From: Pseudomonadota bacterium
GTDB taxonomy: Bacteria; Pseudomonadota; Alphaproteobacteria; Rhodospirillales; Magnetospirillaceae
NCBI GenBank assembly: GCA_021781575.1
Contig: JAJXWP010000013.1
Span: forward strand, 21,257-85,256
Reading direction: 5' to 3'
DNA length: 64,000 nt
This document shows, in pieces, positions 27,888 through 36,024 of this stretch. Both the position numbers and the translations under genes were made by a program. Under the pieces are notes generated by a model that ran no database searches, was not told where the DNA came from, and saw nothing but the letters and a program-made list of their open reading frames with translations. Each line of letters opens with the position of its first letter. The first letter of the stretch is position 1.

Positions 27888-28523
27888 ATGCGCCTGATGA
27901 TCGTCACCGCCTTGCTGTCCCTGCTGATTTGGTCGCCGGCCAGCGCCGGCAACGGCAGTTTCGACTATTTCCTGCTGAGCCTGTCCTGGTCGCCGCAGTT
28001 CTGCGCCGAGCATGGAAGCCAGCCCTTCGCGCGGCGGCAATGCGCCGCCGGCGACCGCGGCTTCGTACTGCACGGACTGTGGCCCGAGGACAACGACGGC
28101 GGCCATCCCGCGTCTTGCCGGCCGGCCGGGCGCGTCCCCTCGCGACTGGTCGACCGGATGCTCCCCATGATGCCGAGCGAAGGCTTGATCCAGCATGAGT
28201 GGGTGACCCACGGCACCTGCAGCGGGCAATCCATGGACGATTATTTCGACAGCCTGGCGCAGGCCTTCCGCAAGCTGCGGATCCCAGCGCCGCTGCGGCA
28301 GCCGGCGCCACCCCTGACGACCAGCGTTCGCCGGCTCAAAGAGATGTTCGCCAATGCCAACCCCGGTCTGGCGGGGTCGATGATGACCGTGCGATGCGGC
28401 CGAGGGAACGCCGTCGAGGAAGTTTGGATCTGTTTGGACAAATCGCTGAACTTTCGCGATTGCGGCGGCGACCAATTCGATCGCTGCTCCGGTGGACGGG
28501 CACGCTTCCGCTCCGCGCGATAA
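27888..28523 (+). CDS. Ribonuclease T2 family, secreted
   Basis: 211 aa. Signal peptide [20 protein letters not shown]. Catalytic motifs FVLHGLWP and HEWVTHGTC. Confidence 0.9.
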   Translation: MRLMIVTALLSLLIWSPASAGNGSFDYFLLSLSWSPQFCAEHGSQPFARRQCAAGDRGFVLHGLWPEDNDGGHPASCRPAGRVPSRLVDRMLPMMPSEGLIQHEWVTHGTCSGQSMDDYFDSLAQAFRKLRIPAPLRQPAPPLTTSVRRLKEMFANANPGLAGSMMTVRCGRGNAVEEVWICLDKSLNFRDCGGDQFDRCSGGRARFRSAR

Positions 28524-28558
28524 GGCGACACGAATGGAACTGACTGCTCCACCCCAAG

Positions 28559-29380
28559 TCACATGTCGTCAAAGGCGAAGCGCAGGGTCATCACCCGGGG
28601 CCAGGTGCCGCCCGGCGGCAGCTTGAGCGGCTGGCAGAGGCGCAAAGCGAGCAGGAACGCCTCGATGGCCTGACGGCGGTAGCTATAGCCGAGGCGCGCC
28701 ATGGCGGCATAGCCGCTGATCACCGCCTCCGGGTTCCACGGATCGTCCTTGTTGAGCGGCGAGGCCAGTGTGCCGTCGGCCTCGATGATGATCTGCGCCT
28801 CCAGGACCAGCCCGCGGGCTTCCGGCACATGGGTGTCCACATGCCAGTACTGCATGATCTGGCTGAGGATGAAATCCTGTTCGCTTTGGGTGAGTTTCGA
28901 CCCTTCCGGCCCGTTCCCCCCGGCCGGCCCGCGCTTGGCCGCGCCGCGCGGAACCACGGAGAGCGCCGGGCCGGGTGTGATCGCCATCGCCCGGGCCGAT
29001 CCCTCGGCACCGTTCGACGACGCCCGGTGCCCCGTCGCCGACCGCTTGGCCAGCGGCGCCTGGATCAGTTGCGGCGGAGGCGGCTTCGGTGGAGGTGGGG
29101 GGGGAGGAGGTGGAGGCGGCTCTTCCTGGGGCGGCCGGGGTAATTCGGCCTGCTGCGGTTGGGGTGGCGGGGGCTGGGGCTTCGGCGGCTGCGGCTTGGG
29201 CTTGGCGGCCGGCGGCTTGGGCTGTTCCGGCACCAGATCGACTTCGACCTCGCGCGGCGGCGCCAATAGCGCCTTCGTCCAGATCAACTCCTCGTTCAAC
29301 AGGATGATGACCAGCAGAAGGTTCAGCAGCCCCGACAGAAGCAGGGCCAACGGGGAAAATCGTTTCTTGGTATCGGTCAA
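28559..29380 (-). CDS. Membrane-anchored proline-rich protein with TonB/TolA-like architecture
   Basis: 273 aa. TTG start 29380-29378 overlaps the lon stop (TTGA). N-terminal TM helix [21 protein letters not shown], a Pro-rich spacer with an 11-Pro run, and a globular C-terminal domain of unassigned family. Confidence 0.7.
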   Translation of the reverse strand: MTDTKKRFSPLALLLSGLLNLLLVIILLNEELIWTKALLAPPREVEVDLVPEQPKPPAAKPKPQPPKPQPPPPQPQQAELPRPPQEEPPPPPPPPPPPKPPPPQLIQAPLAKRSATGHRASSNGAEGSARAMAITPGPALSVVPRGAAKRGPAGGNGPEGSKLTQSEQDFILSQIMQYWHVDTHVPEARGLVLEAQIIIEADGTLASPLNKDDPWNPEAVISGYAAMARLGYSYRRQAIEAFLLALRLCQPLKLPPGGTWPRVMTLRFAFDDM

Positions 29381-31752
29381 GGCTTGCCGTCGACCTTCCC
29401 TTGCCCCGGCTGGCCGGCGATGCCCTTGGTGATCGCTTCGTCCACCGTCTCCACCAGCTCGATGGTGACCCTGGCGCGGGCGGCGGCGGGGATGTCGTCG
29501 ATGTCCTTGGCGTTTCGCGACGGCAGCAGCACCCTGCTTAATCCGGCGCGCACGGCAGCGGTAACCTTTTCCTTGATGCCGCCGACCGGCAGCACCAGTC
29601 CGCGCAGGCTGATTTCGCCGGTCATCGCGGTGTCGCTGCGCACCGTGCGGTCGGTCAGCAGCGACACCAAGGCGATGAACATGGCGACTCCGGCGCTGGG
29701 GCCGTCCTTGGGAATGGCGCCGGCCGGCACATGAATATGGATGTCGCTGGTCTCGAACAGCTTCGGATCGATGCCCATGGTCACCGAGCGGGCCTTGATC
29801 AGGCTGAGTGCCGCTTGCGCGCTCTCCTTCATCACGTCACCCAGCTGGCCGGTGAGGATCAGCTTGCCGCCGCCCGGCGTGCGGGCCGCTTCAATGAACA
29901 GGATGTCGCCCCCGGCCGGCGTCCAGGCCAAGCCGGTGGCCACCCCGGGCACCGCCGTACGCATCGCCGTCTCGTTCTCGAAGCGGGCCGCCCCCAGGAC
30001 CTCGCGCAGATCATCGGCGCCGACCGCCACCTTGGTGACGGTTCCTTCGGCGATCTGCACGGCGGCGTGGCGCATCACCGCGCCGATCTCCCGCTCGAGA
30101 TTGCGGACGCCGGCTTCGCGCGTGTAGTCGCGGATGATCCGGCGGATCGCCGGCTCGTCGATCGCCATGGCGTCTTCGGTCAGGCCATTGGCATGGCGCT
30201 GGCGGGCCAGCAGATAACCTTCGGCGATGGCCAGCTTCTCATCTTCGGTATAGCCGGGCAGATCGATCATCTCCATGCGGTCGCGCAACGGGCCGGGAAT
30301 GTTTTCCAGCACATTGGCCGTGCAGATGAAGGTGACATGTGACAGGTCGAAGGGAACGCCGAGATAGTTGTCGCGGAAACTGAAGTTCTGCTCGGGATCA
30401 AGCACCTCGAGCATGGCCGAAGACGGATCTCCCTGGATGCCGGCTCCCATCTTGTCGATCTCGTCCAGCATGATTACCGGATTGCGGGTACCGGCCTTGC
30501 GGATCGCCTGGATGATGTTGCCCGGCAGCGCACCCACATAGGTGCGGCGGTGGCCGCGGATTTCCGCCTCGTCGTGGATGCCGCCCAGGCTCAGGCGGCC
30601 GAACACCCGTCCGGTCGCCCGGGAAATGCTCTGGCCGAGCGAGGTCTTGCCAACCCCCGGCGGCCCGACGAAGCAGAGAATCGGCGCCTTGCCCTCCGGC
30701 GCCAACTTGCGCACCGCAAGGAATTCGAGGATGCGCCGCTTGACCTTTTCCAGCCCATAATGATCGTGGTCTAGGATTTCTCGGGCGCGGCCGAGGTCGA
30801 TCGCCGCCTCGCTTTCCTTGGCCCAGGGCAGTTCGGTCAGCCATTCCAGATAGGAGCGCACCATGCCGTATTCGGCCGAGGCGTCAGGCATGCGCTGCAG
30901 ACGCCGCAGCTCGCGCCGCGCATGTTCCTCGACTTCCGAGGGCATTCCGCTCTTGGCAATTGCCTGGCGGATTTCCTCGATCTCGGCACCGTCTTCCTCG
31001 TCCTCGCCCAGTTCCTGGCGGATGGCATGCAGCTGTTCCTCGAGGATGTGCCGCCTTTGGCGTTCGCCGATGGCCTCGCGGGTCCGCTCACTGACGCGGT
31101 GCGACACCCGCAGAACCTCGAGCCTATGGGTTAGAAAGGCGATGACCTTGTCCAGGCGCTTTTCCAGATCGACGGTTTCCAGCAGTTCCTGCTTTTCCGT
31201 CGGGCTGATATCGAGATAGCTGGCGACCACGTCGGCCAGCAGGGTTGGCGGCTCGATATTGCGGACGATCTCGATCAGATGCCCGGGCGCCTGCGGCGCC
31301 ATCTCCAGCGTCTGCACCGCCAGGTCGCGCAGATGTTGAACCCTGCCCTCGATCTCGGTGCCACCGTCGGTCGGCTCGTCGATCACGCGGATGATGGCCG
31401 TCAGCGCAGGTTGCTCGCTGCGCATGGATTCGATGCGGAAGCGTTGCTCGCCCTGACAGACCAGCTGATGGGTCCCATCGGGCAGGGTAACCAATCTGAC
31501 GATGGTGGCAAGGCAGCCGACCCGATAAAGGTCGAGGCCGCCCGGATCATCGGCCGTCTCTTCGCGCTGCTGGATCACCCCGATACGCCCGCCCGCCTTC
31601 AGTGCCTCCTGGACCGCGGCCAGGGATTTGGGCCGGGACACCGACAGCGGAATCGCCACTCCGGGAAACAGCACGGTGCCGCGAACCGGCAACAGCGCCA
31701 AGGCATCGGGCGCCGGGGACTCCGGCGCCACTGTGTCCATCTCCGTTGCCAC
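29377..31752 (-). CDS. lon: Lon protease (full-length LonA-type paralog)
   Basis: 791 aa. GTG start 31752-31750 lies 5 nt after GGAGGAGG. LON N-domain, Walker A GPPGVGKTS, catalytic Ser in PKDGPSAGV and Lys in GGIKEK. Confidence 0.95.
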   Translation of the reverse strand: MATEMDTVAPESPAPDALALLPVRGTVLFPGVAIPLSVSRPKSLAAVQEALKAGGRIGVIQQREETADDPGGLDLYRVGCLATIVRLVTLPDGTHQLVCQGEQRFRIESMRSEQPALTAIIRVIDEPTDGGTEIEGRVQHLRDLAVQTLEMAPQAPGHLIEIVRNIEPPTLLADVVASYLDISPTEKQELLETVDLEKRLDKVIAFLTHRLEVLRVSHRVSERTREAIGERQRRHILEEQLHAIRQELGEDEEDGAEIEEIRQAIAKSGMPSEVEEHARRELRRLQRMPDASAEYGMVRSYLEWLTELPWAKESEAAIDLGRAREILDHDHYGLEKVKRRILEFLAVRKLAPEGKAPILCFVGPPGVGKTSLGQSISRATGRVFGRLSLGGIHDEAEIRGHRRTYVGALPGNIIQAIRKAGTRNPVIMLDEIDKMGAGIQGDPSSAMLEVLDPEQNFSFRDNYLGVPFDLSHVTFICTANVLENIPGPLRDRMEMIDLPGYTEDEKLAIAEGYLLARQRHANGLTEDAMAIDEPAIRRIIRDYTREAGVRNLEREIGAVMRHAAVQIAEGTVTKVAVGADDLREVLGAARFENETAMRTAVPGVATGLAWTPAGGDILFIEAARTPGGGKLILTGQLGDVMKESAQAALSLIKARSVTMGIDPKLFETSDIHIHVPAGAIPKDGPSAGVAMFIALVSLLTDRTVRSDTAMTGEISLRGLVLPVGGIKEKVTAAVRAGLSRVLLPSRNAKDIDDIPAAARARVTIELVETVDEAITKGIAGQPGQGKVDGKP

Positions 31753-31764
31753 CGAGGCCTCCTC

Positions 31765-32169
31765 CTAGTCTAATTTCCGGAAGACGAGCCTGAGGCAGCC
31801 GTCGGCCAGCGCCCAGGGAGCGAGATCGTACCGCCCGTCGGGCAGGGTCAGGTGGCGCTCGAATCGGCCATGTGGAATTTCGATGCGGCGCAGGCTGGCC
31901 CCGTCGGGGAAGAACAGCGGCCGGGTACCGGCGACCACGACCTCGTTGTCGACGACGCGGACCTCCAGATTGCTTGCCGCGACACCGGGCAAGGCGACGA
32001 TCACGACAATTTCGGCATCGGTTTCGTAGATATCGACCGGGGCAAGCCAGGACGGCCGGTCGCCGCGCCGCAACGTCGGTCGTAGGAAAAGACCTTCGAG
32101 GCGTTGCGCCTGGGCGATCACTTCATAGGCATAGCCCCACATCCAGTCTCGGGCCCCGGGCCGCGCCAT
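31765..32169 (-). CDS. Hsp20/alpha-crystallin family small heat-shock protein
   Basis: 134 aa. ..PVDIYETDAEIVVIVALPGVAASNLEVRV...GRFERHLTLP.. Its stop lies 12 nt upstream of the lon start. Confidence 0.9.
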   Translation of the reverse strand: MARPGARDWMWGYAYEVIAQAQRLEGLFLRPTLRRGDRPSWLAPVDIYETDAEIVVIVALPGVAASNLEVRVVDNEVVVAGTRPLFFPDGASLRRIEIPHGRFERHLTLPDGRYDLAPWALADGCLRLVFRKLD

Positions 32170-32307
32170 GTCGCCGTCCTTTCACGCAACTGTCCTGGGA
32201 ATAAGACTTTACTGCCGTATTGGCGGTGCGCTCAAGCCTCGTCCATGCGCAACGGGCCGGTTCAATGCTACACTGCGGCAAGGCTATTGTGGGGGCGGAG
32301 GCCCAGG

Positions 32308-33699
32308 ATGAGATTGTTGCCCGATTCGATCCGCACCCGGACCATCCTGGTTCTGCTGGTGGGATTGACCGTTTCCCACCTGGGCAGCATCGTCGTCTAT
32401 TCGACCGACCGCGAATCGGCGCTGGCGAGAGCCAATGAGCACCTCTATGCCGAACGGGTGGCGACTCTGGCCAAGCTGATCGATGCCGCGCCGCTGCCAT
32501 TGCGCCAGCCGCTGACGGAAGCGGTGAGTTCCGACAAGGTCCAGGTCTGGTGGGGAAAGGAGATGGGTTCTCTCCGGGGACACCCGGAGGGCGCCCGGTG
32601 GCGAATGGTCGGTGAGGCCCTGCGCCCCTATTTCGGCGAGATTGCCCCCGACCGCTTGCACGTAACCGTCGCCCCGGCGTCGCATGACGTGGCTTCCCAA
32701 TGGCTGTCGGCATTCCACCTGCGGCACGGCTGCCCCTGCAATCTGGAACTCCAGGTGGCCCTCAAGCTGAAAGACGCAAGCTGGGCCAATTTCCGTGTCC
32801 AGGTTCCAGGCCCGGTCTCCACCTGGCCGCTGCAGTCGCTGTTGTCGACCTTGGTGATGGTCTCGGCGACCCTGCTCCTCGCCAGCTGGGCGACCGGTTG
32901 GATTCTGGCGCCTCTCGCCTCTTTCGCCCGCGCCGCGGAAAGGTTGGGCATGGATGTGAACACGCCGCCGCTGCCGGAAGGCGGCCCCAAGGAAGTGCGG
33001 GCGGCGAGCCACGCCTTCAACCAGATGCAGCAGCGGATCATGAGTTTCGTCGAAGATCGCTTGCAGATGCTGGCGGCCATTTCCCACGACTTGCGCACAC
33101 CGATCACCCGCCTTCGGCTGCGCACCGAGCAGTTGCCGATTCCGGGCTTCGAGCAGCACAAAATGCTGTCCGACCTCGACGAGCTTGAGCAGATGGTCTC
33201 GGCCAGCCTGGACTTCGCCAAGGATGAATCGGCCGAAGAGCCGAGCCGCGCCATCGATCTGGCCGCCCTCTTGGGATCGATCTGCGACGATGCCGTGGAC
33301 GCCGGCCATAAGGCTGAATTCGAATGGGACAGCCGGCTGGTCATCCAAGGGCGGCCGCTGGCGATGAAACGGCTGTTCGCCAACCTGGTCGACAACGCGA
33401 CGCGCTACGGCCATACGGCCCGGGTCACGGCGGCCGAGCGACAGGACGCCATCGAAGTGGTGATCGAAGACGACGGGCCGGGGATCCCCCCCGACCAGTT
33501 GGAGAAAGTGTTCAAGCCATTCTACCGATTGGACCATTCGCGCAACAAGGGGACCGGAGGAATGGGGCTCGGCTTGGCCACCGTGCGCAGTATCGCCCGC
33601 GCCCACGGCGGCGACGTGACATTGGAAAATCCGCCGGAAGGCGGCTTGCGCGCCGTCGTGCGGCTGCCGCGGAACGGTGACGGGAAAGCGGGAGCCTGA
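32308..33699 (+). CDS. Sensor histidine kinase (EnvZ/CusS-like: 2 TM, HAMP, HisKA, HATPase)
   Basis: Internal Met of track ORF 32104..33699: MRLLPDSIRTRTILVLLVGLTVSHLG.. (GGAGG 6 nt upstream). H-box AAISHDLRTPITRL. G-boxes ..DDGPGIP.. and ..GTGGMGLGLA.. Confidence 0.88.
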   Translation: MRLLPDSIRTRTILVLLVGLTVSHLGSIVVYSTDRESALARANEHLYAERVATLAKLIDAAPLPLRQPLTEAVSSDKVQVWWGKEMGSLRGHPEGARWRMVGEALRPYFGEIAPDRLHVTVAPASHDVASQWLSAFHLRHGCPCNLELQVALKLKDASWANFRVQVPGPVSTWPLQSLLSTLVMVSATLLLASWATGWILAPLASFARAAERLGMDVNTPPLPEGGPKEVRAASHAFNQMQQRIMSFVEDRLQMLAAISHDLRTPITRLRLRTEQLPIPGFEQHKMLSDLDELEQMVSASLDFAKDESAEEPSRAIDLAALLGSICDDAVDAGHKAEFEWDSRLVIQGRPLAMKRLFANLVDNATRYGHTARVTAAERQDAIEVVIEDDGPGIPPDQLEKVFKPFYRLDHSRNKGTGGMGLGLATVRSIARAHGGDVTLENPPEGGLRAVVRLPRNGDGKAGA

Positions 33700-33702
33700 C
33701 CC

Positions 33703-34449
33703 TTGAATACGCTGCCGCATTTGCTCATCGTCGATGACGATCCCGACATTTGCCAGCTGGTCAGCCAGTTCCTGGAGGCGCGGGGCTTCCGCGTGTCCAG
33801 CGCGGCGAACGGCCAAGCCATGCGCCTGGCCCTTGCCGCATCGTCGGTCGACCTGGTCATCCTCGACGTCATGCTGCCCGACGAGGACGGCCTGTCGCTG
33901 TGCCGGGAACTGCGCGCCACATCGCGCGTGCCGGTGATCTTCCTGACCGCGGCGAGCGGCGAAACCGACCGCGTCGTTGGCCTGGAGATGGGAGCCGACG
34001 ATTATCTGCCCAAACCGTTCAGCGCACGCGAACTGCTGGCTCGGGTGCGTGCCGTGCTGCGCCGCACCGGCGACATGCGCGAGCCCGCCGAGGTCGAGCT
34101 GCGCGAAGACGCCGAGCCCGCCCGGCGCGGCCGGCTGATGGTCTTTTCAGGATGGAGACTGGACACCGGCCATCGCACCCTGACCTCTCCCGACGGTGTC
34201 CTGGTGGAGTTGAGCGGCGGGGAATACGAATTGCTCTTCGTCTTCCTCAAGAACCCTCAGTTGGTCTTGAGCCGCGACCAACTGCTGGATGATACGCGAG
34301 GGCGGCTGGCCGGCCCGTTCGACCGCAGCATCGACGTCCAGGTCGGCCGCTTGCGGCGCAAGATCGAAACCGACCCGAAGAACCCCGAACTGATCAAGAC
34401 CGTTCGCGGCGGAGGATACGTTCTCGCCTCCGACGTCGAAGTGAACTGA
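33703..34449 (+). CDS. OmpR-family response regulator
   Basis: 248 aa, TTG start 3 nt after the kinase stop. ..HLLIVDDDPDI.., phospho-acceptor ..LVILDVMLPDEDG.., and a winged-helix C-terminus ..IKTVRGGGYVL.. Confidence 0.9.
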   Translation: MNTLPHLLIVDDDPDICQLVSQFLEARGFRVSSAANGQAMRLALAASSVDLVILDVMLPDEDGLSLCRELRATSRVPVIFLTAASGETDRVVGLEMGADDYLPKPFSARELLARVRAVLRRTGDMREPAEVELREDAEPARRGRLMVFSGWRLDTGHRTLTSPDGVLVELSGGEYELLFVFLKNPQLVLSRDQLLDDTRGRLAGPFDRSIDVQVGRLRRKIETDPKNPELIKTVRGGGYVLASDVEVN

Positions 34450-34467
34450 CTGGGTGGTGAACCGGCC

Positions 34468-34791
34468 ATGACCGAACCAAGACTGACCATGAGCAGGGCC
34501 TTCGCCCTGGCCGCACCGGCCGACGAGGCATCCTTGTCGAAGCTTCGCTCCACCGCGGGAATAGCCTCCGTACGGGCTGGGGCCGGGATGCGGCGCATCG
34601 AAGTCTGTTTCGATCTCCGCTGTCTGGACGGCACCGAAGTCGAGAGAACGCTGCGCCTTGCCGGATTGCCCCTGTCCGACGGCTTCTTCGCCCGCTTATC
34701 CCGGCGCTGGTCGGCTTTCCGCGAGAAAAATCTGCGCGACCAATCGAAGATCGAGCACCGCTGCTGCAGCAAATGGTCGGAAGACGGCTAG
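34468..34791 (+). CDS. Small hypothetical protein with C-terminal HRCCSKW motif
   Basis: 107-aa ORF with G/C-rich third positions, 18 nt after the response regulator gene. No family recognised. Competing antisense ORFs exist, so coding status is uncertain. Confidence 0.4.
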   Translation: MTEPRLTMSRAFALAAPADEASLSKLRSTAGIASVRAGAGMRRIEVCFDLRCLDGTEVERTLRLAGLPLSDGFFARLSRRWSAFREKNLRDQSKIEHRCCSKWSEDG

Positions 34792-34805
34792 TGCACGGAA
34801 AGGGC

Positions 34806-35972
34806 TCACAGCCAGCCCGCCGCGTGGGCATGGGCCAACGCCTCAGGGGCGTTGGCCATGGCTACCAGGGCCACGGCGCGGTCGCCGCCGGCATTGTCGA
34901 TGGCATTGACCCAGAACGTCAGGTCGGCCGCCGTGGGGCTCCGGCCGAGCATGTTGTGATACATGTCGGTGACGAAGGTGGCTGGATCGGTCACCACGGC
35001 CAGGGGCGAGGCGGCCAGGGCGGTCTCGCCGTAGAGGGAAGCGTTGGCGGCCGCCGTCATCATCGGCATGTCGGCCGGCCCGATGCTGCCGTTCACGGCA
35101 TGAATCATCAGGGCCTCCTGCACCATGGCCGAACTGGTCAGGGAAACGCCGGTTCCCGTCCCTGAGCCGCCGGATGTGGCGCTCAGCCAGCCGGTGGTCT
35201 GGGCATGGGACAGCGCTTCGGGCGAACTGGCGATATACATCATGATCGCCGCCCGGTTGCCGCCATCGGCATTGAGGGCATTGACGTAATAGGCCTGACC
35301 GGCAGCGTCGGGAGCCCGGCCGAGCATGTTCTCGTACATCAGGGTGACAAACTGCGTGGGATCGGTGACCGAGGCCAGCGGCGAATTCGCCAGCATGGTC
35401 TGGGCGAAGGCCGCCGGGCTGGCCGAACTGCCGATCGTCTCCAGCGCCGCCGTGGTGACGGTGCCGTTCAGCCCATGCGCCATGACCATTTCCGTCGCCT
35501 GGACCTGATTGGCCGCGGCAATGCCGGTGACCGCCGCCATGCCTGTGGTCCAGCCGCTCATCCAGCCCATGGCCTGGGTGTGGCTGGCGGCTTCCGCCGA
35601 GTTGGCCATGTACACCATGGCTGCCGCGCGGTCGTCGCCATTGCCGTTCAGGAAGTTGGTCCAATAGCTGAGATCGGTGGCGGTGGGCGCGCGGCCCAGC
35701 ATGTTCTCGTACATCAGGGTGACGAACTGCGTGGGATCGGTGACCGGGTCCAGCGGCGAATTCGCCAGGGCGGTCTCGGCATAGGACAACTGGCCGGAGG
35801 CGCCGATCATCGTCTGGACATCCACCATGGTGACCGTCCCGTCGACGGCTTGCGACAACAGCGCATCGATGACGGCGCCCGGATTGGCGGCGTTGATCCC
35901 CATCCCCGTTCCCATCATGCTTTGGCTCATCCCGGTGGTTCCGCCGCTCGATGATCCTGAAACACCCATCAT
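34806..35972 (-). CDS. Methionine-rich protein built of three tandem DUF4214-like units
   Basis: 388 aa. GAAGGAG lies 8 nt upstream of ATGATG (35972). Each ~120-aa unit contains ..TDP.QFVT.MYENMLGR.P....L.YW.N.L.....R...... (DUF4214 signature). Gly/Ser/Met-rich N-terminus MMGVSGSSSGGTTGMSQSMMGTGMG. Lies 52 nt downstream of cusA on the same strand. Confidence 0.8.
   Translation of the reverse strand: MMGVSGSSSGGTTGMSQSMMGTGMGINAANPGAVIDALLSQAVDGTVTMVDVQTMIGASGQLSYAETALANSPLDPVTDPTQFVTLMYENMLGRAPTATDLSYWTNFLNGNGDDRAAAMVYMANSAEAASHTQAMGWMSGWTTGMAAVTGIAAANQVQATEMVMAHGLNGTVTTAALETIGSSASPAAFAQTMLANSPLASVTDPTQFVTLMYENMLGRAPDAAGQAYYVNALNADGGNRAAIMMYIASSPEALSHAQTTGWLSATSGGSGTGTGVSLTSSAMVQEALMIHAVNGSIGPADMPMMTAAANASLYGETALAASPLAVVTDPATFVTDMYHNMLGRSPTAADLTFWVNAIDNAGGDRAVALVAMANAPEALAHAHAAGWL
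35318..35767 (-). repeat. Intragenic direct repeat: ~75-nt near-identical segments exactly 375 bp (125 codons) apart
   Basis: 35318-35392 ggccgagcatgttctcgtacatcagggtgacaaactgcgtgggatcggtgaccgaggccagcggcgaattcgccag versus 35693-35767 ggcccagcatgttctcgtacatcagggtgacgaactgcgtgggatcggtgaccgggtccagcggcgaattcgccag (about 71/75 by eye). Confidence 0.8.
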
Positions 35973-36024
35973 GGCCCTTGCTCCTTCACTGACGCGCCGT
36001 ACGTCGACGGCGGCCTGGGAAAAT

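Noticed and set aside
26133-28562. 809-aa track ORF extending ettA upstream across the RNase T2 gene. Similar 5' extensions occur in other track ORFs: 22491..23795, 46965..48794, 52811..53545, 58783..60357, 60475..61584, 5737..6762.
   Set aside because: In each case the family-conserved N-terminus begins at an internal Met preceded by a Shine-Dalgarno-like sequence, and the extension overlaps a neighbouring real gene or intergenic hairpins.
32170-32307. Search for a sigma32 (RpoH) type promoter (CTTG-N17-CYTAT-like) upstream of hsp20
   Set aside because: A CTTGAG is present, but no acceptable -10 element lies at the right spacing, so I cannot support a promoter call.
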